From NCBI GenBank assembly GCA_937873675.1, contig CALMYM010000444.1, positions 1 through 37,086 on the forward strand: a stretch of DNA of 37,086 bases, in the 5' to 3' direction. This DNA is from an uncultured Alphaproteobacteria bacterium (GTDB lineage: Bacteria > Pseudomonadota > Alphaproteobacteria > Rhizobiales > Ancalomicrobiaceae). Below, in pieces: positions 26,240 to 35,066 of the stretch. Both the position numbers and the translations under genes were made by a program. Every line of letters starts with the position of its first letter. Positions within the stretch are counted from its first letter, which is position 1. Below the pieces are notes generated by a model. The model was not told the origin of the DNA. It worked only from the letters and a program-made list of their open reading frames with translations, and searched no databases.

Positions 26240-27090
26240 GGGGCGCGGCTCCCGTCGCCGGTGTGGGCGGTGCTGCGCCGGGCGTGCGCGCTCGCCCAGA
26301 CGAAGAGGGCGAGGCCGGCGGCGATCATCGGCAGCGACAGGATCTGTCCCATGGGGATGCCGCCGAAGAGGTAGCCCACCTGGACGTCGGGCTCACGGAA
26401 GAACTCGACGACGAAACGGGCGAGGCCGTAGCCCATGGCGAAGACGCCGGCGAGTGCGCCCGGCTTCTTCAGGATCTCGGAGCGATGGACGAGGTGGGCG
26501 ACGACGGCGAAGAGCACGACGCCTTCCAACGCCGCCTCGTAGAGCTGGCTCGGATGGCGCGGGTCCGGCCCGGCGAAGGGAAAGACCATGCCCCAGGCGA
26601 CGTCGGTGGTGCGCCCCCACAGCTCGCCGTTGATGAAATTCGCCAGCCGCCCGAAGAACAGCCCGATCGGCGCCGCCGCGGCGAAGAGATCGAAGAGCGT
26701 GAGGAAGGAGAAGTCGCGCCGGCGCGCGAAGATCACCATCACCACGATCGAGCCGAGGAGGCCGCCGTGGAAGGCCATGCCGCCTTTCCACAGTTGGACG
26801 ATCTCGGTCGGGTGCTCGAGGTAGTGGCCGAGATTGTAGAAGAGCACGTAGCCGATGCGCCCGCCCAGCACGATGCCCAGCGTCGCCCACAGCACGAAAT
26901 CGTCGAGTTCCGCCGCCGTCGGCCGATCGACCGCACCCCACAGGCGCGGGCTGTCGACGAGGCGGCGCAGATACCACCAACCGATCAGGATGCCGGCGAT
27001 GTAGGCGAGCGCGTACCAGCGGATGGCGAGGGGGCCGAACTGGATCGCGATCGGATCGATCGCCGGGAACGGCAGTGCGAAGAGCGGCAT
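26236..27090 (-). CDS. lgt: Prolipoprotein diacylglyceryl transferase
   Basis: 284 aa. Contains IRWYALAYIAGI, the FHGGLLG motif and GRLANFINGELWGR. Confidence 0.9.
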   Translation of the reverse strand: MPLFALPFPAIDPIAIQFGPLAIRWYALAYIAGILIGWWYLRRLVDSPRLWGAVDRPTAAELDDFVLWATLGIVLGGRIGYVLFYNLGHYLEHPTEIVQLWKGGMAFHGGLLGSIVVMVIFARRRDFSFLTLFDLFAAAAPIGLFFGRLANFINGELWGRTTDVAWGMVFPFAGPDPRHPSQLYEAALEGVVLFAVVAHLVHRSEILKKPGALAGVFAMGYGLARFVVEFFREPDVQVGYLFGGIPMGQILSLPMIAAGLALFVWASAHARRSTAHTGDGSRAP

Positions 27091-27319
27091 GTGAACGGGA
27101 TCTCGGCGATGGAACGGCGCTGTGGACGGATGTCCGGCGACAGTGGGGGGCGCGGCTTCACCCGTCAAGCGGAGCACCGTGACGGGGCGTGCACACGACC
27201 ACCCGATCGCGGCGAGGATGCGGCGGCGTCCTGCCCCTTGCGGGCGGCGGCTCGACACCCCATAACCTCCGTCGAAAGGGGCGGCCCGCCGCCCGGTCCC
27301 TCGAGACGGGAACGATGCC

Positions 27320-27640
27320 ATGACCCAGACGTCCAACCGCTTCCTCGACGACATCGCCAAGCTCGTCACCGACGCCGCCGGCATGGCGCAGGGCGTCGCC
27401 AAGGAAGTCGAGACCGCCTTCAAGTCCCGCGCCGAGGGCTTCGTCGCCGACATGGATCTGGTCAAGCGCGAGGACTTCGAGGTGCTGCGCGACATGGCCG
27501 CCGAGGCGCGCGAGGAGAACGAACGCCTGGCCGCGCGCATCGCCGCGCTGGAGGAACGCCTCGCCCGCCTCGAGGGCGGCAAGAGCGGCCTCGGCGAGAC
27601 GCTGATCGCCGGCGACCCGTCCGGTCCCGCCGTCGGCTGA
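27320..27640 (+). CDS. ubiK: UbiK/YqiC (BMFP) family accessory factor
   Basis: 106 aa coiled-coil protein. Contains RFLDDIAKLVT...DLVKREDFEVLRDMAAEAREENERLAARIAALE. Confidence 0.75.
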   Translation: MTQTSNRFLDDIAKLVTDAAGMAQGVAKEVETAFKSRAEGFVADMDLVKREDFEVLRDMAAEAREENERLAARIAALEERLARLEGGKSGLGETLIAGDPSGPAVG

Positions 27641-27644
27641 GCCG

Positions 27645-28157
27645 ATGGAGCGCATCCTCGTCTCCGCCTGCCTCGTCGGCTGGCCGGTCCGCTTCGACGG
27701 CGGCGCCAAGACCCTGCATCATCCGCTGATCGCCGAATGGGCCGCCGAGGGGCGGCTCGTGCCGCTCTGTCCGGAGACCGCCGGCGGCCTCGCCGTGCCG
27801 CGACCCGCCGCCGAGATCGAGCCCGGAGCGGACGCCGCCGCGGTGCTCGCCGGCGAGGGCCGGATCGTCGACGCCGAAGGCGGCGACCACGGCCCGGCCT
27901 TTCGCGAAGGCGCCCGCATCGCCGTGGCGACCGCCCGGGTGCGCGGCTGCCGCTTCGCTCTCCTCACCGAAGGAAGCCCCTCCTGCGGCGTCGATCTCGT
28001 CGCCGACGGCACGTTCTCGGGCCGGCGTCGGGCCGGCGAGGGCGTCACCGCCGCGGCGCTGAGGGCCGCCGGCGTCGAAGTCTTCTCGACCAACGACATC
28101 GAAAAGCTCGCCGAACGGCTGGCCGCGAGCCGCGACGACGCGTCGACCGCGAAGTGA
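27645..28157 (+). CDS. DUF523 domain-containing protein
   Basis: 170 aa. Contains ILVSACLVGWPVRFDGG...LVPLCPE..GGL..PR...EGSPSCG, the typical DUF523 pattern. Confidence 0.75.
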   Translation: MERILVSACLVGWPVRFDGGAKTLHHPLIAEWAAEGRLVPLCPETAGGLAVPRPAAEIEPGADAAAVLAGEGRIVDAEGGDHGPAFREGARIAVATARVRGCRFALLTEGSPSCGVDLVADGTFSGRRRAGEGVTAAALRAAGVEVFSTNDIEKLAERLAASRDDASTAK

Positions 28158-28493
28158 TTCGTCCACATTTTTCGTTACTTGCGCGCCATTGTACGGTCGC
28201 GTCGGATCTCTCGCTTCCTATACTGGGCTCAGAGAGAGATTCGCGTCCCCGGGAGCGAGTATCGCCCCGATTGAAACTCCTTCGCGTTCCCCCTCGATCC
28301 GGCGTTCTTCGTTCGTCGTTGCGGTTCGATGGTACCTCCGGAACGACGGTCGCCCCGATTCCGTCGGGTCGTCCGTTCCGGGTTTCGTGCGGAGCCCGTT
28401 GTGCTCGGTCGGCTCGATGCCGCCGGATCGCGATGGGTTCCGAGCGCCGCGTATCCCCGTGTCCGGTCTCCCTCACACGCGAGGACCCGCTCG

Positions 28494-28994
28494 ATGAGCC
28501 TGATCGAATTGGAAGCCGACCGTCACTCCAATCCCGTCGACGTGATCGAACACGTCGCCGCGCTCGAGGACTGGGTGTTCGAGCGCTCCGGCGACGACGA
28601 GATCACCGTCTCGATCAAGGGACGCTGGTGCGACTACCACGTCTCCTTCTCCTGGATGGTGGACGTCGAAGCGCTGCATCTGGCCTGCGCCTTCGACCTC
28701 AAGGTCACCGACGCGCGCCGTGCCGAGGTGATGCGGCTCCTGACCCTGGTCAACGAACAGATGTGGCTCGGCCATTTCGATCTGTGGGCGGGCGAGGGCG
28801 GGGGGGTGTATCCTCACGCCCATCTTCTGGCCGGCGGCGCGGAGCCCTCGGCGCGGCAGGTCGACGCCATGCTGACCGCCGCGATCGAGTCCTGCGATCG
28901 CTACTATCAGGCCTTCCAGTTCGTCGTCTGGGCCGGCAGGACCGCCCAGGAGGCGCTGGAGGGCGCCCTCTTCGAGACCATGGGACGGGCATGA
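28494..28994 (+). CDS. YbjN domain-containing protein
   Basis: 166 aa. Family-typical segments: ITVSIKGRWCDYHVSFSW, ALHLACAFDLKV and LVNEQMWLGHFDLW. Its stop overlaps the proC start (ATGA). Confidence 0.7.
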   Translation: MSLIELEADRHSNPVDVIEHVAALEDWVFERSGDDEITVSIKGRWCDYHVSFSWMVDVEALHLACAFDLKVTDARRAEVMRLLTLVNEQMWLGHFDLWAGEGGGVYPHAHLLAGGAEPSARQVDAMLTAAIESCDRYYQAFQFVVWAGRTAQEALEGALFETMGRA

Positions 28995-29815
28995 CCATCG
29001 ATCTTCGCGACGCGACGCCGCTGGTGCTGATCGGCGCCGGCAAGATGGGCGGTGCCATGCTCACCGGCTGGCTCGACCGCGGCCTGCCGGCCTCCGGCGT
29101 CGTGGTGATCGAGCCGCATGCCTCCGACGAGCTGAAGGCGCTCGCCGCGGCGCGCGGCATCCGCCTGGAGAGCGCCGCACCGGCCGGGCTCACGGCGCGG
29201 ATCATGGTGGTGGCGGTCAAGCCGCAGGTGCTCGACGCCGTGCTGCCGCCGCTCGCCTCGCTCGTCGGGGCCGAGACCGTGGTCGTCTCGGTGGTCGCCG
29301 GCAAGACCGTCGCCGCCTTCGAGCGCGGCCTCGGCGCGAGCCGAATCGTCCGCACCATCCCCAACACGCCGTCGCAGGTCGGCCGCGGCATCACCGCGGC
29401 TCACGCCGTCGCCGCCGTGCCGGCGGCCGATCGCGATCTCGTCTCGGTGCTGCTCGCCACCCTCGGCCGGCTCGAATGGGTCGACCGCGAGGATCTGATC
29501 GACGTCGCCACCGCCGTGTCGGGCTCCGGCCCGGCCTACGTCTTCCACATGGTCGAGGCGCTCGCCGCCGCCGGCGCCGCCGCCGGTCTGGAACCGGCGC
29601 TGGCCGCCCGTCTCGCCCGCGCCACGGTGGAAGGCGCCGGCGAACTCCTCTGGCGCTCGCCCGACGAACCCGAGACGCTCCGGAAGAACGTCACCTCGCC
29701 CGGCGGCACCACCGCCGCGGCCCTCGCCGTGCTGATGGGCGAGAACGGCCTCACCGAGCTGATGACCGAAGCCGTCGCCGCCGCCGCCGAGCGGTCGCGC
29801 GAACTCGCCGGCTGA
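28991..29815 (+). CDS. proC: Pyrroline-5-carboxylate reductase
   Basis: 274 aa. Contains LIGAGKMGGAM, VKPQ, RTIPNTP, SGSGPAY and SPGGTT. Confidence 0.9.
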   Translation: MTIDLRDATPLVLIGAGKMGGAMLTGWLDRGLPASGVVVIEPHASDELKALAAARGIRLESAAPAGLTARIMVVAVKPQVLDAVLPPLASLVGAETVVVSVVAGKTVAAFERGLGASRIVRTIPNTPSQVGRGITAAHAVAAVPAADRDLVSVLLATLGRLEWVDREDLIDVATAVSGSGPAYVFHMVEALAAAGAAAGLEPALAARLARATVEGAGELLWRSPDEPETLRKNVTSPGGTTAAALAVLMGENGLTELMTEAVAAAAERSRELAG

Positions 29816-29840
29816 GCGACGAGCCGGGCTGCGGCGCCCC

Positions 29841-30473
29841 TCACCCTGCCGCGAACTTTTCCACCAGTGCGGCGTCGATGGCGCGGGCGCGGGCCGTCGC
29901 CGGACGCGCTTCGATCCGATCGAGATAGGCGGCGACCTCCGGGGTCGTCGGGAGAAGGCCGAACTTCGTCAGCCAGACGAGCGCCGGCCCCCAGAGCCCG
30001 TCGGCGACGGTGAAGCGCTCGCCGAGGAACCAAGGCCCGCCGGCCAATTGCCCGACGACCGTCGCGACGACGTCGTCGACCGAGCCGTAGCCGGCGGCGC
30101 GCTTCGGCGGATCCGGCCATTTCATCGCCTTCTGCAGGATCGCCGGCTCGACGCAGTTGCCGTAGAAGAACAACCAGCGCAGCAAGGGACCACGCAGCGG
30201 ATCACCCGGCTGGGGGGTGAGGCCGGTCTCGGGAAAGAGATCGCCGAGATAGAGGGTGACGGCGCCGAGTTCGGTGATCACCGCCTCGCCGTGGCGAATC
30301 GCCGGCACCTTGCCCATCGGGTTCACCGCCAGATAGTCCGGCGACTTGTGATCCTCCCGATCCAGCGACAGCGGGTGGAGGTCGTAGGGGACGCCCAACT
30401 CCTCGAGCAGATGGAGCGTGCAGCTCGATCGCGAATTGGGCGCGTGGAAGAAGGTGATGTCGCGATCGGTCAC
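29841..30473 (-). CDS. Glutathione S-transferase family protein
   Basis: 210 aa. Contains NPMGKVPAIRHGEAVITELGAVTLYL. Confidence 0.8.
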   Translation of the reverse strand: MTDRDITFFHAPNSRSSCTLHLLEELGVPYDLHPLSLDREDHKSPDYLAVNPMGKVPAIRHGEAVITELGAVTLYLGDLFPETGLTPQPGDPLRGPLLRWLFFYGNCVEPAILQKAMKWPDPPKRAAGYGSVDDVVATVVGQLAGGPWFLGERFTVADGLWGPALVWLTKFGLLPTTPEVAAYLDRIEARPATARARAIDAALVEKFAAG

Positions 30474-30727
30474 GATATGGGTCCTCGCCGGCAGCCGGGC
30501 TCGCGAAGACTATCGAACAAATCGAGAACATATGCAAGCGACGGATGGCGCCGACCCGTGACCCCGGCGCAGAATTCCGCCGTGACCGGCCGAAATCCTT
30601 GCGCTTCCGCCCCCTCGGTGCTAGAGACCCGCCCGTTCCCACACGCCGACACCCCTGGAGGCACCGTGAGGGACGTCCGTCGTCGCGTCGCACGCCACCG
30701 TGCGTGGGTGGGACGAGGGTCGAGCGA

Positions 30728-30749
30728 GGGCCGGAGATCCGGCCCTTTT
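30728..30749 (+). promoter_or_regulatory. Terminator-like hairpin inside the rplY leader (possible attenuator or end of a small RNA)
   Basis: GGGCCGG agat CCGGCCC followed by TTTT, 28 nt upstream of the rplY ATG. Confidence 0.45.
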
Positions 30750-30776
30750 CATTCGAATTCACATGTGAGGTACACC

Positions 30777-31388
30777 ATGAGCCGCAAGTCCTACGAGATC
30801 GAGGCCACGGTGCGTGAACGGGTCGGCAAGGGGGCCGCTCGTGAGCTGCGTCGTGAGTCCAGCGTGCCCGCCGTCATCTACGGCGACAAGAAGCCCCCCC
30901 TGGCGATCGCCCTCTCCTTCAAGGAGACGGACAAGCGTCTGCGCGCCGGCGGCTTCCTGACCACGGTCGCCACCGTCGTCGTCGGCGGTGAGAAGATCCG
31001 CGTGATCCCCAAGGATTACCATCTGCACCCGGTCAAGGACACGCTGACCCACGTCGACTTCCTGCGCATCTCCGACGACACCGTCGTCACCGTCTTCGTG
31101 CCGGTGCACGCGGTGAACCAGGAGAAGTCGGTCGGTCTGAAGCGCGGTGGCGCGCTGTCGATCGTCCATCACGAGATCGAGTGCCAGTGCCGCGCCGACT
31201 CCATCCCGGAGTCGATCGACGTCGACGTCACCGCCCTCAACATCGGTGGCTCGGTCCACATCGAGGACGTGAAGCTGCCGGAAGGCGTCAAGCCGGTGAT
31301 CCACGAGAAGAACTACACCGTTCTCTCGATCACCGCGCCGGTCGGCTTCACCGAGACGGCCGAGGCCGCCGCTCCGGCCTCGGCCTGA
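30777..31388 (+). CDS. rplY: 50S ribosomal protein L25 / general stress protein Ctc
   Basis: 203 aa. Contains R...GKGAARELRR...VPAVIYG, then the beta-barrel domain, then a C-terminal Ala-rich tail. Confidence 0.9.
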   Translation: MSRKSYEIEATVRERVGKGAARELRRESSVPAVIYGDKKPPLAIALSFKETDKRLRAGGFLTTVATVVVGGEKIRVIPKDYHLHPVKDTLTHVDFLRISDDTVVTVFVPVHAVNQEKSVGLKRGGALSIVHHEIECQCRADSIPESIDVDVTALNIGGSVHIEDVKLPEGVKPVIHEKNYTVLSITAPVGFTETAEAAAPASA

Positions 31389-31412
31389 GCGGTTCCCTGA
31401 CCGGAGGCGTCG

Positions 31413-32102
31413 ATGCTGCTCTTCGTGGGGCTCGGCAATCCCGGTCCGGACTACGCCCTCAACCGGCACAACATCGGATTCATGGCGGTGGACGTGATCG
31501 TCCGCCGCCATTCCTTTTCGCCCTGGCGGGCGAAGTTCCACGGTGAGGTCTCGGAAGGCACCATCGGCGGAGAGAAGGTCGTCGCGCTGAAGCCGATGAC
31601 CTACATGAACGACAGCGGCCGCTCGGTCGCCGCCTGCGCGACGTTCTATAAAATCGAGCCCAAGGATTTCGTCGTCTTCCACGACGAACTCGACCTCGAT
31701 CCCGGCCGCCTCAAGGTCAAGATCGGCGGCGGCCACGCCGGCCACAACGGCCTGCGCTCGATCCAGACTCATCTCGGCCCCGATTTCCGCCGGGTGCGGA
31801 TGGGCATCGGCCATCCCGGCGCCAAGGAACGGGTCACCGGTTGGGTGCTCGGCAACTTCGCCAAGGTCGACCGCGACTGGCTGATCCCCCTCCTCGACGA
31901 TCTCGCCGCAGCCGCGCCGAAACTGGTCGAACGCGACGACGTCGGCTTCATGAACCTCGTCTCGGGGGTGAAGCCGCAGACGGAGGCGAAGCCGGAGAAG
32001 CCGCGCCCGCCGACTCCCGCCGCGCCGGTCGGGCCGACCGAGACTGCGAAAAATGCCATGGCCGAGACGCTGAGGCGGCTTCTGGCGCAGAAGAAACGCT
32101 GA
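31413..32102 (+). CDS. pth: Peptidyl-tRNA hydrolase (with a Pro/Ala/Lys-rich C-terminal tail)
   Basis: 229 aa. Contains [12 protein letters not shown]...RHNIGF, then FHDELDL and [11 protein letters not shown]. Confidence 0.9.
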   Translation: MLLFVGLGNPGPDYALNRHNIGFMAVDVIVRRHSFSPWRAKFHGEVSEGTIGGEKVVALKPMTYMNDSGRSVAACATFYKIEPKDFVVFHDELDLDPGRLKVKIGGGHAGHNGLRSIQTHLGPDFRRVRMGIGHPGAKERVTGWVLGNFAKVDRDWLIPLLDDLAAAAPKLVERDDVGFMNLVSGVKPQTEAKPEKPRPPTPAAPVGPTETAKNAMAETLRRLLAQKKR

Positions 32103-32140
32103 AACCGCCTCGCCACGCGCGATCTTCCTGCCGCTTCGTC

Positions 32141-32169
32141 TTGTCACGGCGGCCTTCGATCTCTATCTT
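32141..32169 (+). promoter_or_regulatory. Candidate sigma70-type promoter of the csp gene
   Basis: TTGTCA - 17 nt - TATCTT. This would give a 5' UTR of about 140 nt, as is usual for cspA-type genes. Confidence 0.45.
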
Positions 32170-32317
32170 ACGCCGATCGGACTTGGCCGGACCCCGGGCT
32201 CTTTCGCCCGGATACTGTTTTCGGGCTCGCTCGACAGATCTCACCAAATTCGACCGACCCGAGCGACCGCCGTATGCGATCGTTCGACGACGCACGAGCT
32301 ACGAAAAGGAAATCCAC

Positions 32318-32527
32318 ATGCCCGTCGGAACCGTCAAGTTCTTCAACGAAACCAAGGGTTACGGCTTCATTCAGCCGGAGGACGGCTCCAAGGACGTGTT
32401 CGTCCACATCTCCGCCGTCGAGCGCTCCGGCATGCGCACCCTGACGGAAGGCCAGAAGGTCTCCTTCGAGATCGAGATGGACCGCCGTTCCGGCAAGTCG
32501 GCGGCTGCCAACCTCGCCTCCGTCTGA
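32318..32527 (+). CDS. cspA: Cold-shock protein, CspA family
   Basis: 69 aa. [35 protein letters not shown] carries the RNP1/RNP2 motifs. AAAGGA Shine-Dalgarno. Confidence 0.9.
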   Translation: MPVGTVKFFNETKGYGFIQPEDGSKDVFVHISAVERSGMRTLTEGQKVSFEIEMDRRSGKSAAANLASV

Positions 32528-32543
32528 GCGAAGAAACACGATC

Positions 32544-32583
32544 ACGAGCCGGATTATCGGGGTCTTCCCGGTATCCGGCTCGT
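32544..32583 (+). terminator. Hairpin terminator after csp
   Basis: ACGAGCCGGAT...ATCCGGCTCGT: 11-bp stem, with a weak T tract (cgcatttcgg). Confidence 0.5.
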
Positions 32584-32639
32584 CGCATTTCGGCTATATG
32601 GCCTGCAACCGAACGGAAGTCGCGGAACGGATTCGTCGA

Positions 32640-32921
32640 ATGGCCAAGGAAGAACTCATCCAATTCGAGGGGCTGGTGCTCGAGATTCTGCCGGATGCGC
32701 GTTTCCGCGTCCGCCTCGAGAACGGTCACGAGATCATCGCCTACACCGCGGGCAAGATGAAGAAGAACCGCATCAAGACGCTCGCGGGCGACCGCGTCAC
32801 CGTCGAGATGTCGCCGTACGACCTGGAGAAGGGCCGTCTCGTCTTCCGTCATCGCGAAGCCCGTCCGGATGGCGCTCCGCCGCCGCCGCGGCCGGGTGGC
32901 GGACAGTTCCGCCGCCGCTGA
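32640..32921 (+). CDS. infA: Translation initiation factor IF-1 with a C-terminal Pro/Gly/Arg-rich extension of about 20 aa
   Basis: [72 protein letters not shown] is canonical IF-1. It continues with [21 protein letters not shown] before the stop. Confidence 0.85.
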   Translation: MAKEELIQFEGLVLEILPDARFRVRLENGHEIIAYTAGKMKKNRIKTLAGDRVTVEMSPYDLEKGRLVFRHREARPDGAPPPPRPGGGQFRRR

Positions 32922-32998
32922 TCGACGTCGACAGAGGTTGCCGACGCCCCCGGCGGAGATCCCGCGCGGGGGCTTCGCCTTGAAAGTTCGAGGATTCC

Positions 32999-34096
32999 AT
33001 GGGTTTCAAATGCGGCATCGTCGGCCTGCCCAACGTCGGCAAGTCGACGCTCTTCAACGCCCTGACCCGCACCGCCGCCGCCCAGGCGGCCAACTATCCC
33101 TTCTGCACCATCGAGCCGAACACCGGTGAAGTGGGCGTGCCCGACCCGCGGCTCTCCAAGATCGCGGCGATCGGCAAGTCGGCGCAGATCGTGCCGACCC
33201 GCATCACCTTCGTCGACATCGCCGGTCTGGTGCGCGGCGCCTCCAAGGGCGAGGGTCTCGGCAACCAGTTTCTCGCCAACATCCGCGAGGTCGACGCCGT
33301 CGTCCACGTGCTGCGCTGCTTCGAGGACGGCGACGTCACCCACGTCGAGGGACGCGTCGATCCGGTGGCCGACGCCGAGACGGTCGAGACCGAGCTGATG
33401 CTCGCCGACCTCGACAGCCTGGAGCGCCGCGTCGTCGCCACCCGCAAGAAGGCGGCCGGCGGCGATCGCGAGTCCAAGCACGTCCTGCCGATCATGGAGA
33501 AGGCGCTGGAGCTGCTCCAGAACGGCAAGCCGGTGCGGATGATGGAGGTCTCCCACGAGGACCGGCCGCTGTTCGACGGGCTGATGCTGCTGACCTCGAA
33601 GCCGGTGCTCTACGTCTGCAACGTCGAGGAGGCCTCGGCCGCCTCCGGCAACGCCCATTCGGCGCGTGTCGAGGAGATGGCCAAGGCGCAGGGCGCCAAG
33701 TCGGTCGTCATCTCCGCGGCGATCGAGGCGGAGGTCGCGCAGCTCTCCGACGAGGAGGAGATGGAGTTCCTGGAGGGCATGGGCCTGCACGAGCCCGGTC
33801 TCGACCGGCTGATCCGCGCCGGCTACGAACTCCTCGGCCTCATCACCTACTTCACCGTGGGCCCGAAGGAGGCGCGCGCCTGGACCATCGTCAAGGGCAC
33901 CAAGGCCCCGGGCGCGGCCGGCGTCATCCATTCGGATTTCGAACGCGGCTTCATCCGCGCCCAGACCATCGCCTACGACGACTACGTCGCGCTCGGCGGT
34001 GAAGCGGCGGCCAAGGAGGCCGGCAAGGCGCGCGACGAAGGCAAGGAATACGTCGTCCAGGATGGCGACATCATGCTCTTCAAGTTCAACGCCTGA
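32999..34096 (+). CDS. ychF: Redox-regulated ATPase YchF
   Basis: 365 aa. Contains [23 protein letters not shown], a TGS domain and the C-terminal [10 protein letters not shown]. Confidence 0.9.
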   Translation: MGFKCGIVGLPNVGKSTLFNALTRTAAAQAANYPFCTIEPNTGEVGVPDPRLSKIAAIGKSAQIVPTRITFVDIAGLVRGASKGEGLGNQFLANIREVDAVVHVLRCFEDGDVTHVEGRVDPVADAETVETELMLADLDSLERRVVATRKKAAGGDRESKHVLPIMEKALELLQNGKPVRMMEVSHEDRPLFDGLMLLTSKPVLYVCNVEEASAASGNAHSARVEEMAKAQGAKSVVISAAIEAEVAQLSDEEEMEFLEGMGLHEPGLDRLIRAGYELLGLITYFTVGPKEARAWTIVKGTKAPGAAGVIHSDFERGFIRAQTIAYDDYVALGGEAAAKEAGKARDEGKEYVVQDGDIMLFKFNA

Positions 34097-34133
34097 CGCG
34101 AAGCCGGCCCGCTCGGCGGGCTTCGTCGGTCTC

Positions 34134-34168
34134 GAAGGCCCGCGCCACCGGCGGGCCTTTTCGTTTTT
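34134..34168 (+). terminator. Rho-independent terminator of ychF
   Basis: AAGGCCCGC gccaccg GCGGGCCTT followed by TTCGTTTTT. Confidence 0.7.
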
Positions 34169-34391
34169 CGGCCGTGGGCCTCGGCATGTCGCCTCTCACG
34201 AGGCGAGATGCGGAACCGGTCTGCCCGACCGTGAGACGGTCGGGCCTTCGTCGTTGGAACGCTCTGCCGGAGCGTTTCGTCCCGGCCCCAGGGCCGGGAC
34301 CACTCCCATCCGGCCTCGGCCGTGGGCCTCGGCACTGCCGACCTCGACGAGCCCCACCGGGGCTCGTCGTTCCGCTGCGCGGAACCGGTCG

Positions 34392-34958
34392 TCAGTCCTT
34401 CGCGCGCTCGACGTAGGAGCCGTCGGCGGTCATCACCACGACGCGGGTGCCGATGCCGACATGCGGCGGGACGGCGGTCTTGACGCCGTTCGACAGCATC
34501 GCCGGCTTGTAGGACGACGAGGCGGTCTGACCCTTGGTCACCGGCTCGGTGTCGACGATCTCGAGCGTGACGCGCGCCGGCAGTTCGATCGAAACCGGAA
34601 CGTCCTGGTAGACCGCCACCTGGCACTCCATGTCTTCGACCAGATAGGCGGCCATGTCGCCCACCACGTCCTTGGGGACCACGATCTGATCGTAGGTCTC
34701 CTTGTTCATGAAGTGGAAGCCTTCGTCGTCGTTGTAGAGATAGGCGTAGGCGCGCTCGTCGAGCATGGCGCGCTCGACCTGCTCGGTCGTCTTCCAGCGC
34801 TCCGACACCTTCACGCCGTCGGAGATGCGGCGCATGTCGACCTGGGTGGTGGGAGTGCCCTTGCCGGGATGGAAGCTTTCGGCCGAGAGAACGACATAGA
34901 GCTTGCCGTCCATTTCGACGACGTTGCCCTTGCGGAGATTCTGCGCATTGACTCTCAT
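34392..34958 (-). CDS. efp: Elongation factor P
   Basis: 188 aa. Contains [23 protein letters not shown]...HPGKGTP. Lys33 is the modified-loop lysine. Confidence 0.9.
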   Translation of the reverse strand: MRVNAQNLRKGNVVEMDGKLYVVLSAESFHPGKGTPTTQVDMRRISDGVKVSERWKTTEQVERAMLDERAYAYLYNDDEGFHFMNKETYDQIVVPKDVVGDMAAYLVEDMECQVAVYQDVPVSIELPARVTLEIVDTEPVTKGQTASSSYKPAMLSNGVKTAVPPHVGIGTRVVVMTADGSYVERAKD

Positions 34959-35066
34959 GGATCCCGGACCTCTGTCGGCAATGGAAATGGGTCGCGCCGG
35001 CCCCGAGGGTCGCGCGTGGTCGGGTCTCCTCTCTCACTTCTGGCGTCATAAGGAAAGCGAAAAGTC

